Shown: positions 27,388 through 40,966 of the stretch, one piece after another
How positions within the stretch are numbered: the stretch's first letter is position 1
How the letters are laid out: each line of letters opens with the position of its first letter
NCBI GenBank assembly: GCA_003344405.1
Contig: NOWV01000003.1
Location: forward strand, 124,001 to 188,000
Source of the DNA: Trichoplax sp. H2
Lineage: Eukaryota
Direction: 5' to 3'
Length of the DNA stretch: 64,000 nucleotides
Position numbers and translations under genes: made by a program
The notes under the pieces: generated by a model
What the model was told of the DNA's origin: nothing
The model's database searches: none
Seen by the model: the letters and a program-made list of their open reading frames with translations, nothing else

Positions 27388-29519
27388 ATGGCTCTTGATC
27401 ATGTGTTTTACGGAGGAAGCCATGCACTAATTAGTTGCATGTGTTTTACCATGATGGCTATAAACATGGCTCTTAATGTTAGTAAGAATGCAAATGATGA
27501 GCCGCCGGTAACCGGATTATCGCTTCAATTAGTAACAGTAAGTACAGTAGCTGTAGCCACTGTCTGCTCCTGTAATATAATATAATTCCAGGTCGTGTTA
27601 ATATTATATTTTTTTAGCAATCTATGACTTCGCTTGCTGCATTTGCCTGTAAACAACATTCCAAAGTAGCATTTCTAGTAAGAAATGGATATTTTTTTAA
27701 AATATATGTCATGAATTGCTTTAGTGAACACAAAGAATATTGTAAATTAAATTTTATAGGTGCAATCAGTGATTGTCTTTAACGTAGTCACTATTGGCGC
27801 TGCAATCCTATTTGAAGTTGAAGTTCTTAGGTTTTGGTGCCAGACAGAAGCATCAGATGATAGCAGAATAATCACTTTACTAATTATAAATTCAGTTTTT
27901 TTTATCGTTGGTATTGTGGCTTCGTCTTGTAGTATTAAGAAATACTTTTACTTTTTAAAAGAAAGCACCGAAAATGCAGCGTTTGAAGAAAGCAGAAATA
28001 CAGAAGTCAATGACGTTATCAATCCCAATTTTCGTAATAGGCCCTTAAAGCTAAAGAACATACACAAAACAGCAACGGCTCGACTTATTATCTGTAGCAG
28101 TTTATTAGCTGCAATGAGTATTATGTCTATGTTTCTAAACTTGCACTTTGCAAATTTGCCCGGGCTGAATTGTGTTTTGGTTTGTGATTTCCTATATTAA
28201 TTTTTTTGCATTTTTTTAATTATTGTATAGCCAATAATTATTAGATTTTAAGTTTATTTAATTTGTACAGGTAGTTTCTACGTCTGTAACCGGAATATTG
28301 GTAGTAACATCCAATGAGTTTGTAAGAGCATTTTTATAGTATATCTTTAAGATCTACTATATAGTTTCAAAGATCCCTTTGTGATCACTACGATATTTAC
28401 AGAAGTTCAGATTTCCTTAAATTTAAATCAAATTTTCGTTACTATAATTTCCATTAATGAGATAAATTGCCTGAGGAATTCGCGATTAATAGTACACTTT
28501 GGTAACGTTTACTGAAATAATGGCATTGTGCAGTATAAAGTAGCTTAATATAATGTAGTAATATCATAATTATTAATAATCTGAAGACGTGCAGCTATAC
28601 GATATTAACGCTGTTTTAATTTGACGTAAAATTCTTTATTTACACAATATTTTTCTTCACTGCATGTAGGTTATATGGCTATTGGTTTTATCAAGATTTA
28701 CCCAGACTATAACAGCTATATCCCTGATCATATTTTCACTAAATTTTCTTACCTATTTAACTTCCGGGATTTTATATGTTTTTCATATTCTTATTAGTAC
28801 ATTCACAGTTGTTATTGTGTCAATTTCCTGCGCTGTAACTACGCGTGAATCATTGGCAATTGAAAAAAACATAAATATCACTGAGTGGCGAACGTATGTA
28901 ACTCACAGCCAAAACTGGAGAGAGGGAAATCTTATCTTCGTGTATCGAGCTGCTATTTCATCTATAGTAACAGGAATAACACTAAGCATTTTTATGGTCT
29001 TTCAACAGTATATTTTGAATAAATACTATGGCATCTCCTTAAATTTCCTTTTGGCTGCTTTTGTATGGGTTAAGAATTATTTTGATAGTATAACTCATAT
29101 AATTAATCTTAAAACGAAAATAAGTAAAAGTACTATATTCTATATTTAAGGCTCTAACATCGGGAAGATTTGGACTATATGCAGTATATTCTAATACTAA
29201 GTCAATCGTAAGATATTTGTGCACTATAAAATACTAACTAAAGTAAATAGGAAATTATTTAGATAATCTGAATCAGTATATTCTAACGACATTCTTTACT
29301 TATTCTTTTCTCTAGGGGACCATTTATTCTCTATTTGCTACTCAGACTATCTTTCTGGGGATAATTAGTTTCAGTCTCTCTATTTATCAATATTTCTGCT
29401 ATGATGTCAGTATGCCCGAAGCTCTGTCATCATTTATCCTAACAAACCTTGGCATAGCAGCAATTGTGATACCAAATGTTATCGGGTTACTGAAAATTTC
29501 GAATCAATTTCTAAAATAG
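27388..29519 (+). CDS. ~444-aa multipass protein made of three tandem MS4A/CD20-like 4-TM modules (paralog B)
   Basis: Exons 27388-27537, 27618-27677 (QSMTSLAAFACKQHSKVAFL), 27760-28179, 28271-28321 (VVSTSVTGILVVTSNEF), 28670-29062, 29151-29207 (ALTSGRFGLYAVYSNTKSI), 29316-29519 (GTIYSLFAT...ISNQFLK*). All phase-0 GT-AG; same exon layout as paralog A. Confidence 0.8.
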
Positions 29520-31545
29520 CCGCTCACATGTAAATTTGCAAATGATTCCATCTAGAATGAAAGAATACTTCCTTGAATAAAATTATGTCTCACATACTGT
29601 ACTTTTACCGTACATACTCTATAAAATCAGAACTTTCCATTTTCTTTTCATTAATAGTTAAAAGAAACACGAAACCCGCTGGAATTGTAATAATCAAATA
29701 ATTTAGCTGTTTTTAAAAGTATAACGCAGCAGTTGGCTGAGCGATCCAGACTGACATATACATTAATAATATTAAATAAAGATTTTTGGAAGATTTTATT
29801 TGCTTTAATATACTACGATAGGGGATAATTCGCATAGTCAGTAAGTATTGTATAGGATGAAAAACCATTATAATTCGCTAAAGGCTATCTATACAGTTTG
29901 CTAATTAAATTAAGTAGAAAGCTCTACGTCATTGAGCAGAAGCCATTTACTTTTAAAAGTATTGCCTTTGTTTTGATTATTATTAGAAAAGCATTTAAGA
30001 AGGAATTGCAACAGTTTTCGAATATTTTTATAGCTCTATAGATACCGTGGTCATATACTGTAAGTTGTAGCAGATATGTTGATATTTATTTTCTTAACGA
30101 AAATTGCAGAAAGCTTCCCTGATTGTCATTGAACAGAACCCCTTCGCAGATATGACCTATATGCTAAGTAGGATTTAATGATTAAAAAGTATTTAAGAAT
30201 GAATTGGGACAGCATTGAGATGTTTTTATAATGCTTACTGATTGGAATCACATGTCATGAAGGATGACAAAACGCCAATCTTCAACTGCTATTATTGATT
30301 ACGGCCTAAAATAACAGTAATGGAGTATTAAGTACTATATTTAGAATTAGGCATTTAATAGGATAAGTAATAAGGGTCGATCATATTAATTATCAATTGG
30401 ATCGTCAGCTGTTTGAAATAAGAATTATTGTAACCTTGGTACTGTAATAGGAATATTAATAACCATAAAAGAAAGATTAATCGTGAATTAACATCATTAA
30501 CTCAAAATTGATCTCTCATCCCATTCTAAATCTTGTATAATTAATTAGTCATTAATAAGCATCCCAGTAAATGCGGTAGTTAGTTCTGGCGATAAATCTT
30601 TGATGCTATTAACACGAATGTGATTCTAATTCCCTTCTAATTATTCTAATTATAATAATTAGTACTCTTTAATATTCTTATAGGCCTTACTTAAGTTAAT
30701 AACCGTCGTATAGTACATACAGTATATCAGTTGATTCTAACGATTAACTCTTTGATGATATCGATACGAAACATTATTCTAATAATTAATACTATTCTAA
30801 TACTAGTACATCAATATACTTGATCTATGATAACCATAGCTTGATAGTGATTATAATTATTAATCTTCCTGATTCTATTTCTGTAATTTTCATTTCTCAA
30901 TAATAAATATATTTATAAATGTAATCGACGCTCGATAGCTATCATCAAATAGTACTTAATTACAATTGCTATACCATTATAGGACTATAACTTTAATAAC
31001 TATTAATTAACAATGCTAATTCTTAACTGATGCTTGATAACGTCGTAATTTGGTTCTAGTAACTATAATATAATTGCTGATAATTATAATTATATGATAA
31101 TAATAAATCATTATACCAGAATCCGAATTCTCAAATTGTACAGTACTTCTATGATTATTTCGTTTTTATTGATTTAAGATAATAAAATTACATAATATAA
31201 GCATATTATACGAAAATATCTTTTCAATCACTATCATTACTTACTTAACTTCTGCTTTATTTAACAATACTTGAAATTATATTTATGAAGTCATAATATA
31301 AATTAATTATAATACTAATTATAATCCATTAATTTAGTGGTGGGGATCCTCAATTTACTTCTAAACTATTAACTTGTGAATATTTCATTATAATACTGTA
31401 CGTGTAGTGGTTTGTTGTAATAGCTCTAGAGGTATGCTGCAGTCATAAAATCTGTTCAATATGTACTGTAGCCGGAAAAGTAATCTCTGTGACAACGAGA
31501 GTTGTTAGTGACTAAGGAGGGTTTGCTGAGGCACTTTCAGAGTTT

Positions 31546-31640
31546 CAGTACAGTACTGTACAGTACTGTACTGAATCAGTACCGTACCGTAGATACAGTA
31601 TTTTTGCATCACGTACCATACCGTACACTGTACAGTACAC
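31546..31640. repeat. (CAGTA/TACTG)n patch upstream of the prosaposin-like gene
   Basis: cagtacagtactgtacagtactgtactg and related units. Confidence 0.8.
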
Positions 31641-31876
31641 TGCTGTCATTGAATGAAAGTCATGTGATTATCATGTTATTTACGCACACGCACTGGATAA
31701 GTGATTACACAGCGTCTCTACGACCTTTCTTTTAACAGTATCGCACACTGTAATTTGTTAAAGTTAAAGTTAAGAGCAAGGATCCTTTTAAAATCAGCAT
31801 TCGCTGTGTTAAACTTGCGATTATAATCATTCAGTTTTACCGTTTACCGAAGAACACCGCACCTCATATATTGGCG

Positions 31877-34800
31877 ATGAAATTAAAGTTGGCTATTTTT
31901 CTCTCTGTTTTCATCGCAGTATTTTCAGGTGATAAAATGTTGAGTTATTCTGTCTGTGTTGTTTCTTAGAAATTATTCATGAACGGTTTTATTTCTTGAT
32001 TATATTCGTACTGTCTACATTTTTATCGCACAATTTATTGTGAAAAACCTACAAGATGACGGACAGATAATCTTAATTTATTGACCTAACCATTAGCGGC
32101 TAGGAAATATACTGTAGTATACTACACGTCGTACACGAGCATAATTACAGTTGTTGAAGGATTTTGTTAGTTATTGGTATGTTGTCATGGAACCGTGATC
32201 AGTATAGTTAGTGTAGCATTGTAACAACGAAACAAATCTGGTTTCTGTGGTGCTTAATATATAACATTAGATGTACAATACTACTCATACAGGCTTGTCA
32301 TTAGTGGCTGAAACCATTTGCCAACAGCACTGAATGACTATACTGTGCTGCATGACAATGTTTTACACAAAATGGTTCATTATAGTATAGAGTGTCTACA
32401 ATGGTTTATAGATATACCCATGATATACTCTTTAATATTATTATGTTTTGATTTTGTTATGCTTAAGCATCTGTACGTGGAACGGCTGAAAATAGTAACG
32501 CCTGCAACTCGTGTAAGAAATCAGTGGAGAATGCTGTGGAATTCCTAAATAAAACATCTACTCGGGTAAGAATTGTTAGAGGATTTCAAACTGCAATTTT
32601 GAAGTGTTTTTAGCACGCCGCATACATCGTGTAATCATCTATAGCTATACGTACACCTAGTTTAAAACCACAGCCTTTGATTTATAATTGTGGCGTTGCG
32701 TTAAACGTAACGTAGAAGGAGTTATGGCAATCCTGGTTTCACGTACACGTTCACTGTGTCGTAAAACTTGAAGCCTTCCAGAATCTTATTAATTAAACAT
32801 TACTAATACACGATCTAAATTCTTTCAGAAAGAAGTACTGAAATTCTTTGATGGTTTCTGCTCGTCACTAAATTTTATTGAAGCTGCCGTTGTAAATTTT
32901 AACCTTTCGACTTTGTTCTTGTAGTACTGTAGTGTTATATAATTGAAGATTCTATTCACCTAAACTTGTTTTTATCTTCATTTTTAAATCTAGTGCAAAA
33001 ACTTCGTAGCTAAGTACGAACCAAAAATATTATTATTTCTGACCAAGACTATCGTGAGTAATTTACCACCATAATTATTAAAAATAGAGCAATGGAATGC
33101 ATATGTTTTCTTCTTATGACATTATGGCATTTGATTATTCTGTAACTATCATTGAGTTTCAACTTACCTAAGGTTTTAATGATATTTATAAACCTGCGAC
33201 GCTAAGATTTTGTTAACGAAATTCACACTACTACAATTTAGTTACGGAAAACTTAATTTTATAGAATCCCAGCACATTATGTCAGACTTTGGGGATGTGC
33301 AGTAACAGTGCACTTCCCTTAGTCAAACTTTTTCAAGCTAAATCACTACAAAGCCAAGAAAGATCTAATGCCGTGTCACAGCCTGAGGTATGTAGTTAAG
33401 CTAAAATGAAAGTTCTTACTGTCTTTGTGCTAGTATTATTATCGTAATGTAATGTACGGATTATGACGACCTAGTGATAGCAAATTTAAGATCTTCTTTA
33501 CAATTTGAAATTCTAAGCTAAATGACAATCTATAAATTTAAGATACAAGTATATATGATTAGTTGTAATCCCTTTACCAACAAAAACGTAGTTCAAAGAT
33601 TCAGTTAATTGCTACGTACTGCTACAACCAAAGCAAAAGATCCGTAGCGAATGTTACATCAACTGGCTGCAGTAACCATAAAGGTCTTTTTAAATACACA
33701 GTGAATCTTCTAGCCAATTACCACAAATTTTATTGTAACTATTGACCGACTGAGGCTATAGCAGTGTATTATACGGTGTTTACTTAAGTTAGTGCCATAT
33801 AACGTATTAGAACTGTTTTTGTTGATTTTAATGGAGCAATTAGATACACAGTAACTTAGTATTTTAACTTGTAGAGAAAAAATTCTGGGGAATGTGGTAC
33901 ATGTGCCTTGGTCATAAACGTGATAGATCAATTACTTGGAAATAATGCAACGGAGGTATGCATAGAATTATGAGCTCTTATACAAATACTGCTTTTATCT
34001 TGACGTTTTTTTCTCATAACACAGACCCAAATATTGCACACTGTTGATCAAGTTTGTGGTATATTTCCTAGTGATACCAGGACGACGGTATAATAGTTAC
34101 ATTTCGGATTAAAATGCTTTCATAATATGTATGCGTTCAAAATTGTTAAAGTCATTTTAAAATGTTAAGTAATCATTGACTTTTGACACTACAGTATAGA
34201 TTAAGCGTTACTTACTGCATACCTTACGCGAGTGTTTTTGATCATTAAATATTTGACGCTAGTGTAAAGCATTTATGGAAGACTACGGGGCTGCTGTTCT
34301 ACGACTTCTTTTTAATAAGACACCACCTAAGGAAATTTGTAGCTTGCTTGGCTTATGTTCTAATAGTAAACCAAAATTGGAAGGTACTTTATTAGCCACG
34401 TTTACCGCACGAAAGTTATTTATCTATATTTGATTAACGATAGTGCTCAAATACTATACTCATATTATAAAGAGAGTTTGTGCTCTTGACCTTACGTGAA
34501 GTATTGCAAGTTTTGGGTAATTTTTATGTTTGGTTTCTACCTATTCTAGAAAAGGTAGGCTTGTCTGGTTTATGCACAGTTTGTGAAATTGCCGTTCAGT
34601 ACATCGATAGTTTACTTACGCAAAACGCAACGGAGGTATAGTTTCGCTATAAGTAATTACTAGCATTATCTGTTTTTGCAAATGATATTTTTATTGTTTA
34701 CAACTTTCACAAATTTTAGCAAGAAATTATTAGCACTCTTGATAAAGTTTGCAATTTCTTGCCTGGAAGCCTCGAATCCGATGTAAGCAACAAATTTTGA

Positions 34801-35459
34801 ACGTTTCTCTAGTTACGTTGCTAACATGCTACTTTCCTTAGTGTAATACGTTCGTGAAGAAATATGCTCCAGCTGTAATTGCTTTGCTGGCTTCTGAAAT
34901 TAGTAATCCAAAGGAAGTCTGTTCAGTAAGTTTGCGGTAAAAGCTTCCAAATTGTCTTGGTAGCCTTAAATTTAAAGTAATATTAGATGACAAGCAATTA
35001 CATGGATTTATTACGCACTGTAGTAATTACGCAGATATACTATAATTACATGCTTTATAAGCAAGTTTATCTAAGTAGATATTAAAGCTGAAAAGTTAAG
35101 AGATGACCTAAATATCACATTTCTTGACAGTTCCTTGGGTTATGCAGCAATAGTTCTGCCCTGACTGCAGAATCTATTTCGAATATGTGTAAGAAAGGTC
35201 CGAAGGTTTGGTGCTTAAATAGTAATTTTGCAAGATTATGCAAGGTAAACATTAAAGCTAGTTATTTGTACGCATTTTGTGAAGTAACCTTCAAACAGTT
35301 CACAGTTAACGTACCGTTGCTACAGCTAAATAATTACTCAACTGTCCTTAAATTTGAACTACTTACAACTATCTCAGCTTACTTTCAATGTCTTAAATAT
35401 CTTTATTTAATATGTTTCAGGTGGAAGCCTTTTGCAAGATGCACAGTATACACTTATAA
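31877..35459 (+). CDS. PSAP: Prosaposin-like precursor: signal peptide, three saposin B domains, C-terminal saposin A domain
   Basis: Signal exon MKLKLAIFLSVFIAVFS. SapB1 CNSCKK...FCSSL...CKNFV...LCQTLGMC; SapB2 CGTCAL...NNATE...VCGIFP...CKAFMEDYG...ICSLLGLC; SapB3 CTVCEI...QNATE...VCNFLP...CNTFVKKYAP...VCSFLGLC; SapA CKKGPKVWCLNSNFARLCKVEAFC; stop at 35457-59. Confidence 0.9.
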
Positions 35460-38400
35460 CATTTTGCTGTTGATCTTATTCATTATTATCAAAATCTGAA
35501 ACTTTAAATTGTTTAGCAATTACCCTTTGTTTCCTAACCATACTTCGATTCTAAAGATAGTCGTTCGCACAGGATATTGTAATCGGCAATTTAGGTGCAT
35601 CATCTGCGTATACAGGTGCACTTTCCGAAGCGTTTTTATTTGTAAAACGGTAGAATTCGTATTATTTCAGCAATAAACATGATTTTAATTTGGTAGTAAT
35701 GGACTGTTTACTTTCATCAGTCATATAGAATGGAAAATATTTATTAGCGATAATCATACAGTAAAGTTACATTAAAGATGTAACTCTTGGCGATTAGTTT
35801 TGGCTATTGTTAAAATAACTGAAATATTCAGTTTTCTATTGAAAACTTCTGATATTGCCGAATATTTCTGCCTCTAATGATATTTTTATAGTGTTTTGTT
35901 ATCCTACGATTTATGATAAGCATGTTGATTTAAATTAGTGCAACGTATGTATTAGCAACTTACGATAACTTATAACGGCTTATGCGTGTGTCCTATATGC
36001 ATGCAATTGAGTTTTATAGTTTTATTGTCTCTTAATAGAGCAGATATCCTATAGTGTTCTAATTGATAAATATTGGTTATAAATGGAAATTCGTTACTGA
36101 AAAAGCACGAACATAGGGAATATTAAATATAGCAAGACTTTAACTCGAGTTACCTTATCAAACCACTACCGCGTTACGACGGTTATAAATCCGAATTACG
36201 TCATATCTGGCGCTTAGCGGTATTCCAATAAAACAGTATGGTACTATGGCAGCTAGACTAATACCTAAGGCTATGCTCTTATGTATGATCATGATTAAAC
36301 ATCGACGATGATCTGTGAAGGAAGTGCCTTATAAAGCAATCTTTTTATTTTGAAACATGTACATGGAGATTATGTTATACTGTACAATACCCTGGAGTCG
36401 TAATGATTAGTGAGAACGAATGACATGCAGTATAGTACTGCATATACAGTGTTTATTAAGTCTTAAGTCAAAAGCAGAAGCTATGCTTGCATAGGCAAAT
36501 GTGCGCATACTGTCATAGATTTAGTACTGTAATAACCGAGTAGGTAGTTAAACGTTACGCACGATGAAGTTTTAACTTTTTGAATCTAGTTCATAATTAC
36601 ACTGTGTAAACCACTATTTTTTAAATCATCGATTAGTAACCAATCAACTTTAATAAACGATATCTAATAGTACTTTGAAGCAGATTACAGTGTGAGTAGC
36701 TTTACTCCTGCTCTCCTTTAACAATCTTTTTGGTATGGCAAGAAATCCCTACCCTCAAAGTTTTTGGTTTGTCCGGCTTAATCACGGAACCACTCAATGC
36801 TTTAAGATTCCAGCTTTGTGGCTCCAATTTTTTAGGGTCCTTGGCTTTAGGCAGATGAGCTTACTACGATGTGAGGTAGTTGTGAGGTATCAACAAATTT
36901 AGAAGTAGCCTTTACTAACTTTGACTGTATAGAATAATCGTTAATTACGAAAAGATAATTAGATAAACTATAAACGATAACTTTTCTGATAAAGTAAAAA
37001 TGATCAATCATAACCATAAATTAAAAGATAAACTGATAAGGTGAATTACTGGACTGATTTTCTAGCGCAAAGCTTCGATTCTAATTTTGCAAATACCCTT
37101 TACTACATGTAGTATGTACTGTATCGTGCTATACTGTACAGAAAGTGCAATAATTATCGGTATGTGTACCACTTATAGATCGTTTTACTTGCTAGTTTTC
37201 TCTACAGTTCAGTAGTTCCGTATACTGTGTTGCAATTCAGTAATGCAACAGTAAGAACTCTATAAATATTAGCTTAGCGATTCATTTGAAAGCTACACAT
37301 TATTAGGGAATTCACCATCACCAGTAAATTACAGAATTTTTTATTTTTTTCTGCACTGCCTCAGAGACTGATACAATCTTTTACAGTATCCCAAATCGTT
37401 AATGTACAGTACAGTAATAATAATTCGGCAGTCATTCATATGGACGAGAAAAATCATAGATCCGAGAATTTGATTGATTGATTGATGTCGTATTAAAACA
37501 GTTGATCGGATAAGCTTGCAGCAGAGATAGAAGTCATGATAACGGGTAATTCGCTAATGTTTCATCTCGGTGTCGACGAAAATTATTGCAACAGTACAAC
37601 GCGAGTATGAAATGTTGTTTGCATAGATTTCGATTTTTGTAATCCGCGATTATTACTGCACGATATTGTGCGAACGCAATCTTGTCAATTATAACTAAAT
37701 TCTTTAAATAGTTTACTAATACGTAAGTACAGTATTAATGAATCAAAAATATTTGATTCAAACGTAAATAAGCTTATACTGTACTGTAAAATGTGCTCGA
37801 TGTAACAAATTTCTCTGACGTTCATTTTTATCGTATCGTCGTTTTTACTTTATAGATTACTGTCATACATACCAAGCATGTCCAGAATATTGTGCAATAC
37901 AGTATCACTGCTTATGCCCGTCATAATTACGAAAAATTGTATCTGCAAACATATAGCCTAATTGTACTCGTAACTTTAAATTATATTTATACCTATTTAC
38001 TTTAGGTAAAAAGTAAGGTAAGGATAGTCGAACTTTCCAAATATTTAAAAATATTTTAATTCATTGATTATGGCATAATACTATACAAACTAAACAGTCG
38101 ATGATTTCAAGATTTTAATTGAGGGTGTTCATAAAATAAGCACGCTTATTAATCAATTGATTATAAACTGCAGCACTGTATTGCTAAATTTATCTTTATA
38201 AAAATTTTTATTTACCCTATTTGATTGATTAATAATTAACAGATTACGATTCCGAAATATTTGTAATGCGTAGCAGATTGCTGTTAAGGATATCAGTTTA
38301 CAGACATACAGATACAGTATGTGTAGTATTTTATACAAATAATACATAAAATTTACCTTATTCACGGTAATAAATCGATCCATCCCCCAGCTACATTGCT

Positions 38401-38522
38401 GCGATAGCCACAGTATAAAGCTTAGCTAGTAGGCCGTGGATAGACTATATACAAACGTTCTCAGACACGTCAAAGCTATATTCTGCGTACATCTTGTAAA
38501 GCAATTTCTGAAACACGAGACA

Positions 38523-39780
38523 ATGTCAACCATGATCGAGCTAATGAATCATGCCTCCATAGGAATGACTTTGGTGGCATTATTACTTATTACAATTGCT
38601 GTGTTTTATGTTATGTCAACCGAGCGTAAGGTAGTTCGAATGTTTTTAACCGTTACTCTTTACTCGTAGCAGAATCGATAAACTTAAATTTTCTGTTCGT
38701 TCATCAATTTGTAACTATAGTCAGGCAATAATCTATTGTAAGTATTGCCTTTCTGTAGTGCATTGCAAAATCTTGTAATTATAGACAACGATAAATATCT
38801 TTTTAAATTGAACACGTTGCCTGATTTAATTTAGGAAAAATCTAAACAGAGATTGCGAACAGTACTACCAAAGAGAAATTTCATGAGCGGTCCTATAAAA
38901 TGGAGGACTAGTAAGCCGGACTTCAGCGAACTTGATCGACTCTTCATGAACGAAAAAACCAGAAATCACAAGGAGGATTCTCTTGAAATTACGGTAGAAA
39001 ATTTAGTGAAGACATGGGAGATGGAGGCTTCTCACAAAGTACTCGTCAAGGTTAATTAGACTTAAAAATGATTTTGTCTAATTTCCAGTGTTCTGTGTCA
39101 GTGAATTATTGTAACTATAACCATTCAAGGCTTTTAGTTCTAGTAATGTTAATTAGAGTGCAATTGCTCTCAGCTTTGATGCATATATTAATTAGGATTG
39201 GAAATCGGTTGATACCCAAAAATTTTGCCTACGAACGAATAAGGGTAAAAAATTTAGTGTAGAAAACTTAATCAAACTCGGAAGTTATAACTGCTTGATG
39301 CAAGGTCAGCCCCTCTATGATGCCAATACTCATACTTTCCAGTCCTCTCATGAAAATTTTCGAGGGGCATTTCGAGATGGATTTTCTTGGGAAGTCCTCG
39401 ATGTTTACTCAGGTAAATTTTAATACATGTTTTATATGAGTGATATGGCAGCACTTTAGTGATGGCATGTACTTTAATATTCGCTAAAACGCTGTGCGGC
39501 TTTTATCATCTTCAGCACAGTATAATTGGTTGAGAATTTAAAATGAAATGTTCGATTTTTAGGTCCTCCAGTGGTTGCATTTACCTGGAGACACTGGGCA
39601 AAATGGAATGGATCGTACAAAGGTAACCCTCCCTCGGGGAAAACTTTGGAAATGTTTGGCGCTGCAGTTGTTCGAGTTAATCAGAAAATGCAAATTGAAG
39701 ATCTAGATGTCTACTATGATCCAAATCAAATTTTGGTACCATTAAATAATTTAAAGGGTTCCTGTAACACATCCAGTTAA
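38523..39780 (+). CDS. 'Pathogen-related protein'-like (SnoaL/NTF2-like fold) with an N-terminal hydrophobic anchor
   Basis: Exons 38523-38630, 38835-39050, 39196-39412, 39563-39780. Motifs SLEITVENLVKTWEMEASHK, LGSYNCLM, SHENFRGAFRDGFSWEVLDVYSGPPVVAFTWRHW, VYYDP match my recollection of the plant/fungal pathogen-related protein family. Confidence 0.85.
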
Positions 39781-40966
39781 TATTAAAATAGTCATAAAGA
39801 TTTAGTATGCAAAATTGTGATTCATTCTTGCTTTATCATTAGTTTTTGCGTATCACATAGTAAGCGGCACAACACTTTATTGTGAATATTGATAACTACA
39901 ATGCTTGTAATCCAATTTTCATATATAAATGATTCACTCTTAATAACTTACGAAGGATGGACTAAGTATTTGTCGGCTTTTACACCTTTAGCGTACTTAT
40001 TACATTGAAGGAATTGTAAGCTTTGCTAAATTTGTTAATTATTTAATCAGATTTATTCTCTAACCTAATACGATACGTAATGCATACGCAAGACATACGT
40101 TAACATTATGATAACTAGCTTCTTAAATTACCGAATATCGTGATTAATATGACTGATTTCATGTTATAAATTTCTTCGGATATAACTTTGCTGCGTTATA
40201 AATATCGTACTAACATCTCCTTTATGTAGTGCTGAAGCACTTTGGCCATAGTGGTGATCTAAAAAGAATTAAAGTCTCTGTAAATTAAATAAATGCGGCA
40301 ATTTAGTTCTACCTATTGATACGTAAGCATTTAATAACTGATAGTTATTGCAGCCTGTCTGAATCGTATCGATCTTTGATATGTCATGAGCGTATCAGTT
40401 TATAAATTAATGCGTAGAAGTCCGTGGTCCTTTTGGATTCCTTATATTTAAGTAATTTATGTAACCTTGTACGCTACATACACTGCATACATTGTATAAG
40501 AGAAACAATTGCATTTCTGTAGAGCATGTATACAAATACATTTATTTCGAACGGATTAGAATGATTTCAGTCACTAGTCTTTTTCTACGCTGTCATACTC
40601 CTTTGTAAGTAATTAAAAAATCATTAATAGGAGGTGTTTTCTCAGAACACCAATAGTTGTATTAAAATAGAAGATTTCGCTTAAAGGTTAGTTGATTATC
40701 TTAGTTTTAATAAGTACTGTGATCTGTAAATAATCGATGCAATTAATTTCGATTAATTATAAATAAAGCAGATCAATTCTAGGTAATAGCGCTCATAATA
40801 CTTTAGCATAAAATTTATGCCCCCTAGGAAAAGATCAATAGCAGCAGATGTAATAGCCGATTCGAGATATGACGAACGTATTTCTTAAACTGGAGTTTCA
40901 AATCAGTCAGACTTAATTATTTGAAAAGCAAGAAATCATTCTTCTTGAATAGTCGTGTACCTACGA

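Noticed and set aside
30300..31380. Very AT-rich stretch with SGGDPQFTSK near 31336, like a retroelement integrase motif
   Set aside because: A single short motif among many stops; cannot be supported without tBLASTn.
36703..36860. Short Lys-rich minus-strand open frame (AHLPKAKDPKKL...)
   Set aside because: No start codon, convincing splice context or recognisable homology.
36872..36890. TGAGGTAGT, resembling the let-7 5' end
   Set aside because: Only 9 nt match and I see no precursor hairpin.
38721..38737. 17-nt AG...GTAAGT micro-exon candidate in the pathogen-related gene
   Set aside because: Inclusion breaks the frame; direct exon 1 to exon 2 splicing is already in phase.
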